Below, piece by piece: positions 42,978 through 51,489 of a stretch of DNA of 57,962 nucleotides (its first letter is position 1; each line of letters starts with the position of its first letter). The notes beneath the pieces were generated by a model, which was given only the letters and a program-made list of their open reading frames with translations, was not told the origin of the DNA and did not search any database. The translations under genes were made by a program, and so were the position numbers. The stretch covers positions 1 through 57,962 of the forward strand of contig CALQZN010000001.1 of NCBI GenBank assembly GCA_943349675.1. The letters are read 5' to 3'. Source of the DNA: Candidatus Nomurabacteria bacterium (GTDB taxonomy: Bacteria > Patescibacteriota > Minisyncoccia > Phycocordibacterales > SBAW01).

Positions 42978-44243
42978 TTAGACAAAAGACTCAGGGACAG
43001 GAAACGCTTTGCAGAGCTCTTTTATTTCGCTATGGATGCTTTCGAGTTTGTTTTTGTCCGCACGTTGCTCAAGTGCGTCCACCATAAGCTCTGCCACCCT
43101 TGCACTCTGTACTTCTTTAAACCCACGCGTCGTAATGGCTGGTGTCCCAAAGCGGATGCCAGAGGGGTCCATAGGCTTACGAGTATCGTCCGCTATCATG
43201 TTTTTGTTAAGGGTGATGCCTACAGAGTCCAGAAGTGTCTCGGCCTCATGACCAGTGACTCCGAGAGATCCAAACACGTCTGCCAAAATAAGGTGGTTGG
43301 ATGTGCCACCCGTTATCATCCGCACACCCCGGGCACGCAGCACTTCTTCCATCGCTTTTGCATTTTTGAGTATCTGCGCTGCATAGGTTTTAAACGATGG
43401 ATGCAGCGCTTCTTCAAAAGCAACCGCCTTTGCGGCGATTGTGTTCATGATCGGCCCCCCTTGGAAGCCCGGGAACACGGATTTATCTATTTTTTTGGCA
43501 ATTTCCTCACTTTCGCGAGTTAAGATCATGCCGCCGCGCGGGCCACGCAGTGTCTTGTGCGTTGTCGTTAAAATTACATCAAACCCAAAGTCAAAAGGAT
43601 TTTTAACTGCCTTCCCTGCAATAAGTCCCGATATATGTCCCATATCGGCAATAACCAGCGCCCCTACCTCTTTGCCGATTGCTGCAAACTTTGCATAGTC
43701 GAGCTCGCGCGGATACGCAGAGAATCCGGCCATAATGACTTTTGGCCGCTCTTTTTTTGCTACTTCAAGCATCGCGTCGTAGTCTATCTCGCCTGTCTCG
43801 ACGTCCTTCATTTTGTAGCGAACGAAGTTAAATATTTTGGTGATGTAGGTAACCGGGTGACCATGGGTCAAGTGGCCACCGTGACTCAAGTCCATACCCA
43901 TTATGGTGTCGCCGGGCTCCAGAAGCGCAAAGTATGTTGCAACGTTTGCAGGCGCGCCGGCGTGCGGTTGCACGTTTGCAAACTGGCAATTAAAAAGTTT
44001 TTTCGCACGCTCAATTGCAAGAGTCTCTACAACATCTGTAAACTCCTGCCCGCCATAGTAGCGCCGCCCCGCATACCCTTCGGAATATTTATTGGTCAGC
44101 ACCGAGCCGTTTGCCTCGCGCACTGCACGGGAGACGTAGTTTTCGGACGGAATGAGCTCCAGCCCTTCTGCCTCGCGAATCTCCTCGCCCATAATCGCCT
44201 CGTACACCTCAGTGTCTTGTCTTTTGATTGCTTCGTATTGCAT
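42978..44243 (-). CDS. glyA: Serine hydroxymethyltransferase
   Basis: LIPSEN, GRRYYGG, GGHLTHG, TTTHKTLRGPRGG. Confidence 0.98.
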   Translation of the reverse strand: MQYEAIKRQDTEVYEAIMGEEIREAEGLELIPSENYVSRAVREANGSVLTNKYSEGYAGRRYYGGQEFTDVVETLAIERAKKLFNCQFANVQPHAGAPANVATYFALLEPGDTIMGMDLSHGGHLTHGHPVTYITKIFNFVRYKMKDVETGEIDYDAMLEVAKKERPKVIMAGFSAYPRELDYAKFAAIGKEVGALVIADMGHISGLIAGKAVKNPFDFGFDVILTTTHKTLRGPRGGMILTRESEEIAKKIDKSVFPGFQGGPIMNTIAAKAVAFEEALHPSFKTYAAQILKNAKAMEEVLRARGVRMITGGTSNHLILADVFGSLGVTGHEAETLLDSVGITLNKNMIADDTRKPMDPSGIRFGTPAITTRGFKEVQSARVAELMVDALEQRADKNKLESIHSEIKELCKAFPVPESFV

Positions 44244-44304
44244 AGTAAAAATCGGTTAGGTAACTAAATATAGGGTACTATGTAAAACTTATATCATACA
44301 AATA

Positions 44305-44643
44305 TTATCGCGTATCCCCTTCACCTTTTGTAACCACTCCTCGCTTTGCGCGGTCTGTTAATTTTGCGATGTTTGCCTGCGCAACAACTTCCAAGGACAC
44401 ACCGCATGTTACTGCCAACTGAGAGAGATACCACAGTACATCCCCGAGCTCTAATGCTACCGCCGCGCGCTTTTCTTCTGTTAGTACACCTGCTTCGTTA
44501 TTGATTATTTTTTTAAGCTTATCAACAACCTCACCCGTCTCTCCAGACAAACCCATACTGAGCAACATAAGCTTGTACTCTTGTGTGTCTTTGGCGAAAG
44601 AAGCAAACTTCTCGGCCACTTGGTCATACTCAGCAAATTGCAT
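44305..44643 (-). CDS. MazG-like all-alpha NTP pyrophosphohydrolase
   Basis: GLSGETGEVVDKLKK...ELGDVLWY...NIAKL. Confidence 0.9.
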   Translation of the reverse strand: MQFAEYDQVAEKFASFAKDTQEYKLMLLSMGLSGETGEVVDKLKKIINNEAGVLTEEKRAAVALELGDVLWYLSQLAVTCGVSLEVVAQANIAKLTDRAKRGVVTKGEGDTR

Positions 44644-44652
44644 AGATAGATA

Positions 44653-45354
44653 TTAACGTGGAAGGTGTGTGCGGACAATTGCCCAAATAAGTTCATGTAT
44701 ATCTTCTCGTGGTAAAATAGCGTTTTTATGAGAACAGGTGACTTTTTGCCAGGTATTGTGCGCCTTAACAAGCTTTAAGGCCCCTTCTTGGGCATTGAGT
44801 AGGTACCGAGCGTCGCTTTCTACCGTATCTTTGACCACACCCTTTCCTAAATACGTCTTTTTGTCTGTTGCACTTTTTTTAGATAACAACTGCAGTGACA
44901 TCTCCAGCGGCAAGTGGAGGCACAAAATAAGGTCAGGCCGCGGCAGCCCAAACACCCCATGTTCCATCTGGTCGAGCCAGGTTAAAAAAGTTTTCCGTGC
45001 TTTTGTATCGCGGATTTTGCCGCCTTGATGCATTTGGTTGGCACTGACGTAGCGGTCGAGCACCACTACCTTACCCTCGCGCAGCCACTTTTCTATTTTT
45101 GCCTTCGATTCAAACCTATCCGCTGCATAAAGCACCGACGCAATATGGGGGTCGAGTGCAACAAAGTTACCGTATTTGCCTGCCAAACATCCTCCCACCA
45201 ACTTGCCAAAAAAATTACTCTCATATTGTGGGAAGTCGAGTGTCGCCACTGGAATTTTCTCCTTCCGCAAGCGCTCCACAAGCAACTTGGTCTGTGTCGC
45301 CTTCCCCACCCCGTCGGAGCCATCAATAACAATTAGTTTTCCTTTGTGTTTCAT
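44653..45354 (-). CDS. tmk: Thymidylate-kinase-family dNMP kinase
   Basis: IDGSDGVGKATQ, YAADR, LDRY, PRPDL. Confidence 0.9.
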   Translation of the reverse strand: MKHKGKLIVIDGSDGVGKATQTKLLVERLRKEKIPVATLDFPQYESNFFGKLVGGCLAGKYGNFVALDPHIASVLYAADRFESKAKIEKWLREGKVVVLDRYVSANQMHQGGKIRDTKARKTFLTWLDQMEHGVFGLPRPDLILCLHLPLEMSLQLLSKKSATDKKTYLGKGVVKDTVESDARYLLNAQEGALKLVKAHNTWQKVTCSHKNAILPREDIHELIWAIVRTHLPR

Positions 45355-45370
45355 AAAAAATACCGGCAGC

Positions 45371-45859
45371 TTACTCAAACTGTCGGCCAATCACGTTTTT
45401 TGGATTATCTTTATTAAACAACACTTCGCTCCCTTGCATAAGATACACATTTGCAATACCTGCGGTGATAATTGCATCCCAACAAGACTCGCAGGCCCAC
45501 CAATGCCCCCACGAATAGAGGCTTGCGCCCATAAGTTTATGTCCTTGAGCTAACGCATGTTGAATAGCCTTTCGCTCGCTATGGTTCTTTGGATGACACC
45601 CTTCACAGAGGTCATACCGCGTCCCACTTGGCACGCCCTGTAGAACCCTCTCACATACATTTGTTTTGTGATAGTCGCTACCGTTGGCACCGCGTCCCAC
45701 TATCGCACCATCCAGCACTACAACCGACCCAACCGGTACAGTTGTGTCGAGAGACTCCTCACGCGCGCACATTTTTGCTGCCACAATGTAAGAGTGTTCA
45801 GCGGGTACGTAGAGTATATGGCGATTTGTAGGAATATACGGATAGATAATAGTATTCAT
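45371..45859 (-). CDS. dCMP-deaminase-family zinc deaminase
   Basis: HSE and WACESC zinc motifs; CERVLQGVPSGTRYDLC. Confidence 0.85.
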   Translation of the reverse strand: MNTIIYPYIPTNRHILYVPAEHSYIVAAKMCAREESLDTTVPVGSVVVLDGAIVGRGANGSDYHKTNVCERVLQGVPSGTRYDLCEGCHPKNHSERKAIQHALAQGHKLMGASLYSWGHWWACESCWDAIITAGIANVYLMQGSEVLFNKDNPKNVIGRQFE

Positions 45860-45945
45860 AGCGTCCTCCTTTCCTTGGCATTTATACCATACGGGATGGA
45901 AAGCTCCAGCTTGTAGCTACCCCTCGCTACCTCTATAATTGCCGC

Positions 45946-46782
45946 ATGGCTACTTTTGACCGACTCTACCAAGACATACTCGGTCAAATCCTCAAAAAAG
46001 GCATCCGCGAACAGTCAGAGCGTACGGGGCACGAAACGGCAGCACTCCCCGGGCTCCACTTTTCTATCGACATCGAAAAAGATGGTTTCCCTCTTTTGAC
46101 GTTGCGGAAAATTCCCATAAAGATGTTTGTGGCGGAGCAGATATGGTTTATTGCTGGTACGCGCAAACCAGCAGATTTTTTACGCGATTATACAAAAATT
46201 TGGGACAGCTTTACCAACCCCGCAGACGTCGTGACAGTTGCCTACGGCTACAGGTGGCGCAAACACTTTGGCCGCGACCAACTAGGTAAACTCATTGACC
46301 TACTTAAAAAAGAACCGAGCTCGAGGCACGGCGTTATTATTACCTGGGACCCCGCAAGTGATGGACTCAGTTTGTTTAAAAAGAAAAATGTTCCTTGCCC
46401 GTATTCTTTTACCGTAAACATTATTGGAGGCCGACTCCACCTCCACAATATTGTGCGTTCAAACGACATGGTGCTGGGCTTCCCTGCTGATGTTGCCGGG
46501 TTTGCCTTGCTGCAGTGCATCTTGGCGCAAAAACTTGGCGTGAAGGTTGGCGTGTATTCACACTCAATCTCTAACGCGCACATATACGACAACCAGTATG
46601 TTGCAGTAAAAGAACTCTTGAAACGCAAAACTACACACAAACCAATTCAGGTTAGCATGCCAAAAAACGCATTCGACCGTGCAGAAAAAAAGGACCGAAA
46701 GCTTGCAGCAGAGTTGGTTGCCAGTTTTGAAAATCAGTACACTCCCCTGCCAGCAATTTCTGGATTACACGTTGTTTTATAA
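45946..46782 (+). CDS. Thymidylate-synthase-family enzyme with Asp at the pyrimidine-specificity site (possible dCMP methylase)
   Basis: FPLLTLRK, YG..WR, PC(151), RSNDMVLGFPAD(182)V, AHIY. Confidence 0.9.
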   Translation: MATFDRLYQDILGQILKKGIREQSERTGHETAALPGLHFSIDIEKDGFPLLTLRKIPIKMFVAEQIWFIAGTRKPADFLRDYTKIWDSFTNPADVVTVAYGYRWRKHFGRDQLGKLIDLLKKEPSSRHGVIITWDPASDGLSLFKKKNVPCPYSFTVNIIGGRLHLHNIVRSNDMVLGFPADVAGFALLQCILAQKLGVKVGVYSHSISNAHIYDNQYVAVKELLKRKTTHKPIQVSMPKNAFDRAEKKDRKLAAELVASFENQYTPLPAISGLHVVL

Positions 46783-46787
46783 AAAAT

Positions 46788-47429
46788 ATGTCTATACTTA
46801 CAAAACAAGAAATACTCGAACGCGTACATAGTGGCAATATTGGCATCAACCCTGGGCTCGACAGCTTCCAGCTCCAAGCCCATGCAGTAGACCTGCGGCT
46901 TGGATTTACGTTTCTTATTCCAAAAGCATGGCGCATGACCGACCATGGCCGCGAGGCTCTTAGTATTGACCCTTTGCGTGACCACGGCCCCGAATATTTT
47001 GACGTGATTGAGCTCGAACAAGGACAACACTTTGACCTACTACCCGAGGAATATGTGTTGGTGTCTACATTCGAAACAATCAAAATACCCAACGACCTTA
47101 TGGCGATTCTTTATCCTCGATCTTCGGTAAACCGTAAAGGCCTCTCCGTTGATCTAACCGGTATTATCGATTCAGGCTACGAGGGCCCGCTTACACTCCC
47201 CATCCGCAACAACACCAACTCACAAGTCATCCAGCTCCACCCCGGTGAGCGTTTTTGCCAGATTGTGTTTGAAGAACTGGCTCACCCTGTTGAGGCCCGT
47301 AAGAGTCGTTGGCATCAAAAAGATGTAGTTGATAAAGGCAAAAAAGAAAAATCAGCAGAAATGAAGTTTGTCTTCAACGGCGACATAAAAAAACTAAAAA
47401 AGGACTTTGCAGTAAAAAAGAACGTGTAA
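46788..47429 (+). CDS. dCTP-deaminase/dUTPase-fold protein lacking the deaminase catalytic Glu
   Basis: VDLRLG, RSSVNRKGL, IIDSGYEGPLTLP(138)IRN, CQIVFE. Confidence 0.88.
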   Translation: MSILTKQEILERVHSGNIGINPGLDSFQLQAHAVDLRLGFTFLIPKAWRMTDHGREALSIDPLRDHGPEYFDVIELEQGQHFDLLPEEYVLVSTFETIKIPNDLMAILYPRSSVNRKGLSVDLTGIIDSGYEGPLTLPIRNNTNSQVIQLHPGERFCQIVFEELAHPVEARKSRWHQKDVVDKGKKEKSAEMKFVFNGDIKKLKKDFAVKKNV

Positions 47430-47431
47430 AT

Positions 47432-47929
47432 ATGTCAGCTCGTATAAGCATTGTTGTTGCAGTCGGTCAGAATCGAGAAGTTGGAAATACTGGAGGGCTA
47501 TTGTGGCGTATTCCAGAAGATCTTAAACGCTTTAAGGCCCTAACCCTAGGACACCCAGTCATTATGGGGCGAAAAACGTTTGAATCTATTATTGCATCTT
47601 TAGGGAAACCACTTCCAGGACGCACCAACATTGTAGTGACTCGTAACCCAACTTGGCATCACGCAGAAGTGTTGACCGCCTACTCACTTGAAGAAGCTTT
47701 AACAAAAGCACGCGAGTTAGACAAAGAAGAAATCCATATTGGCGGTGGTGCACAATTGTACGAACAGGCGCTCCTTCTAGTTGATCGTCTATACCTCACA
47801 TTAGTGGATGACAAAAAAGAAGCCGACACATATTTCCCTGCCTACGAACATTTGTTTACCAAAAAACTTTCAGAAGAGCCTCGCACAGAAGGCGGACTAT
47901 CTTACACATGGATTACATTGGAGCGCTAA
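47432..47929 (+). CDS. folA: Dihydrofolate reductase
   Basis: WRIPEDLKRFK, VIMGRKTFES, LPGRTNIVVTR, IGGG, ADTYFP. Confidence 0.97.
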   Translation: MSARISIVVAVGQNREVGNTGGLLWRIPEDLKRFKALTLGHPVIMGRKTFESIIASLGKPLPGRTNIVVTRNPTWHHAEVLTAYSLEEALTKARELDKEEIHIGGGAQLYEQALLLVDRLYLTLVDDKKEADTYFPAYEHLFTKKLSEEPRTEGGLSYTWITLER

Positions 47930-47964
47930 AACAAAAAACTCCCCGCGCGGGGAGTTTTTTGTTT
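47928..47964. terminator. Bidirectional terminator between folA and rplK
   Basis: aaacaaaaaactccccgcgcggggagttttttgttt. Confidence 0.88.
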
Positions 47965-47978
47965 ATATAGTTTTGAGT

Positions 47979-48083
47979 TTATTTCACGTCCACCCACACA
48001 TGCTTTTCTGCTGAAAAGTTGCGCGGGCCCGCCTCGGCTCGTCAGCCTCCGGCCGGTGGACGTTTCTTACTTCACGTCCACCC
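47979..48083 (-). repeat. Structured insertion element (copy B) with a duplicated rplK 3' end
   Basis: tta(t/c)ttcacgtccaccc at 47979 and 48067; inverted ggtggacgt at 48055; core at 47993-48054. Confidence 0.85.
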
Positions 48084-48489
48084 CCATGCTTCGAGCAGAG
48101 CCAGCGATTATTTTCATCGCACTCTCTACATCGTTTGCATTTAGATCTACCATCTTTTGCTCTGCAATTGCGCGGAGCTGATCTTTAGACAGTGTGCCGA
48201 TTTTTGCAGTGTTTGGTTTGCCCGAGCCCTTCTCTTTGCCAAGCGCCTTCATGATAAGGCCCGAGGCTGGAGGAGTCTTGAGGATAAAGTCGTACGAGCG
48301 GTCTTCGTAAATGGTTATCTCACAAGGGATGAGGTTACCTATCATTGGCTGGGTAGCCTCGTTAAACCTCTTAACGAATTCGCCAATGTTGATGCCAGCA
48401 GGACCAAGCGTAGTACCAAGTGGAGGCGCAGGCGTAGCCTTGCCCGCTGGGGCTATAATCTTTATTTTTTTAGTGATTTTTTTTGCCAT
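48067..48489 (-). CDS. rplK: 50S ribosomal protein uL11
   Basis: AGKATPAPPLG...KTPPAS...IAGSARSMG. Confidence 0.98.
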   Translation of the reverse strand: MAKKITKKIKIIAPAGKATPAPPLGTTLGPAGINIGEFVKRFNEATQPMIGNLIPCEITIYEDRSYDFILKTPPASGLIMKALGKEKGSGKPNTAKIGTLSKDQLRAIAEQKMVDLNANDVESAMKIIAGSARSMGVDVK

Positions 48490-48499
48490 GAAATATTGT

Positions 48500-48575
48500 T
48501 GGCTGGAAAGTAGCTATCCCTTCGGACACTGCAGGACATAAGGGAACGGTCCTCAGAGGTAGCTACTTTCCGCCA
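48500..48575 (-). promoter_or_regulatory. Structured nusG-rplK intergenic RNA
   Basis: 12-bp stem GGAAAGTAGCTA/TAGCTACTTTCC extended by TGGC/GCCA and enclosing a GGAC/GTCC helix. Confidence 0.55.
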
Positions 48576-48584
48576 GATACTACT

Positions 48585-49136
48585 TTAAATTCTCTTAATC
48601 TGCAAGAAGTCGAGCTCTACCGGTGTTTCGCGGCCAAACATGGACACCAGCACCTTTACCTTGCCACGACTCTCGTCTACCTCGCCCACTTTGCCATCCA
48701 GGTCTTTAAATGGCCCATCAACAATAACCACGGAGTCCCCTGCTGCAAAGTCGATGGCGTGTTTAACCGAGCCTTCCTTCTCTTGCATGCGACCAAGGAG
48801 CGCATCCACCTCGTGCTGTTTGAGCGGAACTGGGTTGACACCTGAGCCTACGAAGCCCGTCACACGTGGCGTGTTGCGCACCACAAACCAAGACTGATCA
48901 TCGACAGTCATCTCTACCAAGACATACCCTGGGTACACCTTTTCTTCTTCCTCTACACGGCGACCACCTTTAATTTTGATAGTGCGCTCGGTTGGCACCA
49001 CAACGTTAAAAATTTTGTCCGAGATACCAAGCGACTCTATGCGTTGGCGCAAGTTACGTGCCACCGCGTTTTCGTACCCGGCATAGGTGTGTATCGCGTA
49101 CCACGCGCGCCCAACACTGTTATCTTGTTTTGCCAT
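48585..49136 (-). CDS. nusG: Transcription factor NusG
   Basis: WYAIHTYAGYE, YPGYVLVEM, VRNTPRVTGFVG, KOW motif, MFGRETPVEL. Confidence 0.98.
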   Translation of the reverse strand: MAKQDNSVGRAWYAIHTYAGYENAVARNLRQRIESLGISDKIFNVVVPTERTIKIKGGRRVEEEEKVYPGYVLVEMTVDDQSWFVVRNTPRVTGFVGSGVNPVPLKQHEVDALLGRMQEKEGSVKHAIDFAAGDSVVIVDGPFKDLDGKVGEVDESRGKVKVLVSMFGRETPVELDFLQIKRI

Positions 49137-49148
49137 GATAATTTTAGG

Positions 49149-49319
49149 TTAGATGATTTGTTTGACGACAGAGGTAAACACATAGTCCCAAAGCCCGAGG
49201 TACACGGCTGTCACCAAAGAGACGGCGATAACTACTACTGTATACACCACAGCTTGGCGTTTTGTTGGCCAAGATACGTGCCGCATTTCCGCACGAACGT
49301 CTTTAAAGTATTGCAACAT
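49149..49319 (-). CDS. secE: Preprotein translocase SecE (56 aa; absent from the ORF track)
   Basis: Hand translation MLQYFKDVRAEMRHVSWPTKRQAVVYTVVVIAVSLVTAVYLGLWDYVFTSVVKQII; upstream of nusG. Confidence 0.95.
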   Translation of the reverse strand: MLQYFKDVRAEMRHVSWPTKRQAVVYTVVVIAVSLVTAVYLGLWDYVFTSVVKQII

Positions 49320-49458
49320 AAGTTATTTTTGCCATTTTTAAAAGCCCCGGAGGGCTTTTTATGATCCAAATAGTAGTCCTATAAGGCGATTTTGTCAACA
49401 AAGCAAAAACCCGTACCCCAGAGCAAGAGGTACGGATAGCTGCTCGTTTTTAGTTTGG

Positions 49459-50289
49459 TTATCGAATTTCGTACGTAACTGAGACATCGTTGACGAGCTT
49501 GTTCTGCCCCACAGATATCTCTGGACTAGCCATCTTAGCGTCTTGTGCTACTGCACCCCCACGAGCATACATCATAGGCGATGGGTAGCCACCGCCGTTT
49601 TCGCTAAACGACACCACCCGCACCAGTGACACGCCCAAAGCATCCGCAAGTGCTTCTGCCTTTTCTTTTGCATCATCTATTGCCTTGTCGCGAGCTTGTT
49701 CCTGTACACCAGTTGGGTCGTCAAACGTGAAATTAAGTCCACTTACTTCCGTAGCGCCCTTGGTGCCAACACCCGCAAGCAACTCACCCGCTTTTTTGGT
49801 GTCGCGTACCTTTACTGTTGTAGTTTGGCGCACTTCGTAGCCCCGGAGCACTTGTTTGCCTGGTGGACAATACGTGGCACTAGGTACGTTGCTCCCGATA
49901 GGACCGGGGCAAACACTGTTTTGATAGTCGTACTGAGGGTTAATAGAATAGTCACTTGTTTGGATATCCTTTTTGTCTACCCCAGCGCCAGTCAAATACG
50001 CAGTAGCCGCGTTTGCTTTTGTTGTTGCATCTGCTTGCGCATCAGCGACAGCCAGTTTGGTAGAGACAACCGAGAAAGAAAATGTGGCAATGTCTGGCAC
50101 TGCAACCATTTCTCCATGGCCAGAGACGGTAATAGTATTTGTCGCAGCCATTCCTGTGCCAACGTAGCGGAGTCCCATTAAACTACTCACTACTTCCACT
50201 ACCAAAAACAGCGCGAGCACACTTACCGTAATGAGTAAGGCTTTACGCAAACGCTCTCCTGTTTGACCTTCAAACGGCATTCCTTCCAT
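49459..50289 (-). CDS. SIMPL (DUF541) domain protein
   Basis: TITVSGHGEMVAVPD, DIQTSDYSINPQY, AIDDAKEKAEALA. Confidence 0.9.
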   Translation of the reverse strand: MEGMPFEGQTGERLRKALLITVSVLALFLVVEVVSSLMGLRYVGTGMAATNTITVSGHGEMVAVPDIATFSFSVVSTKLAVADAQADATTKANAATAYLTGAGVDKKDIQTSDYSINPQYDYQNSVCPGPIGSNVPSATYCPPGKQVLRGYEVRQTTTVKVRDTKKAGELLAGVGTKGATEVSGLNFTFDDPTGVQEQARDKAIDDAKEKAEALADALGVSLVRVVSFSENGGGYPSPMMYARGGAVAQDAKMASPEISVGQNKLVNDVSVTYEIR

Positions 50290-50341
50290 ATAATTTCTTT
50301 TATTACTATATAAACATCGCTGGGGACTCTTGGTTGTGACG

Positions 50342-51016
50342 TTATTGGACCGATTTGATTACCGACATAATCTGGGCATACGGCAGAGCGCCAGAAATTG
50401 GCATACCTTTGCCTGTTTTAGTGTTAAGTACAACAGTAAATGGCGTACCACTACCTCCGTTGCTTTGTGCCTCTGTTGTGTCGGTTGCTATTTTGTCTGC
50501 ATATTTACCAGAGGCAGCGCAGGCAGCAAACTTGGCTGGGTCGGCCCCTAACCCTTTTGCCACTTCTGCGTAGTACGCACTACCGAGCTTTGCTTGGTTT
50601 GCAAACAATATATCTGCAAACTGCCAAAAACCAGCACTACCGAGCTGCTCTGCCACACACTCAGACGCCTCTGCCGAAGGCTGTGCCTCTGGGTGGATGC
50701 TGGTCAAAGGTAGTTGCCTGTACACCCAAGCGATCTGTCCGTTTGATTCATCAACAATTTTTTTGAGTGTAGGGTGTATGACGTTGCAGTACGGGCACTG
50801 AAAGTCAGAATATTCTACGAGCACAATTGGAGCGTCTGCAGAGCCGCGTACATGGTCGGTTGCAGAGGGTGGGCGAACTTCTGCCGCGGCAGTAGGCGCA
50901 CCACCTTCAACGGCAGGCGCCTTATTGCTGGTAAATAGTATGGCCCCAGCGATAAGTACTCCAGCGATAAGTATAGAAACGGAAGGTGTAATCTCTATTT
51001 TTTTTGTTTCAGACAT
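50342..51016 (-). CDS. DsbA-family thiol-disulfide oxidoreductase
   Basis: EYSDFQCPYC, GTP, GALP. Confidence 0.92.
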   Translation of the reverse strand: MSETKKIEITPSVSILIAGVLIAGAILFTSNKAPAVEGGAPTAAAEVRPPSATDHVRGSADAPIVLVEYSDFQCPYCNVIHPTLKKIVDESNGQIAWVYRQLPLTSIHPEAQPSAEASECVAEQLGSAGFWQFADILFANQAKLGSAYYAEVAKGLGADPAKFAACAASGKYADKIATDTTEAQSNGGSGTPFTVVLNTKTGKGMPISGALPYAQIMSVIKSVQ

Positions 51017-51037
51017 GAGCACATTGTACCATTCCTA

Positions 51038-51484
51038 CTATTTTGGTCGAGATTTGAGCAAATCCCGAATTTCTTCAAGCAATCGCTCCTGCGCTGGCTT
51101 GGTGTGGGCAGGGGCGGCAGCATCACCCTGGTTAAACAACCGTTTACGCGCAACAGATATAAGCTTAAATACAACAAAAATAGAGAGCGCTATAACAAAA
51201 AAGTTTAGTATCGTTTGTGCAAATGCTCCCCAGTTAAGCAGTATCGGGGTGTCCCCTACAGCAATATTGAGCGACAGCTTTTTTATATCAGTAGTACTAC
51301 CTGTAATGAGCCCCAAGGCCGGTGTAATAATGTCGGCAACGAGGGAGTTTACGATTGCACTAAACGCGTTGCCAATAACCACCGCAATTGCCAAGTCAAA
51401 GGCGTTGCCCTTAACAGCAAAATTTTTAAACTCAGACCAAAACCCAAAAGCTTTTGTGCGTATGTTTGCTTTTATTTTTGCCAT
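51038..51484 (-). CDS. mscL: Large-conductance mechanosensitive channel
   Basis: EFKNFAVKGNAFDLAIAVVIG...LLEEIRDLL. Confidence 0.96.
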   Translation of the reverse strand: MAKIKANIRTKAFGFWSEFKNFAVKGNAFDLAIAVVIGNAFSAIVNSLVADIITPALGLITGSTTDIKKLSLNIAVGDTPILLNWGAFAQTILNFFVIALSIFVVFKLISVARKRLFNQGDAAAPAHTKPAQERLLEEIRDLLKSRPK

Positions 51485-51489
51485 ACGTT

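Noticed and set aside
48500..48575. Hammerhead ribozyme (CTGAGGA present)
   Set aside because: No GAAA with a proper stem II/III and cleavage triplet could be built.
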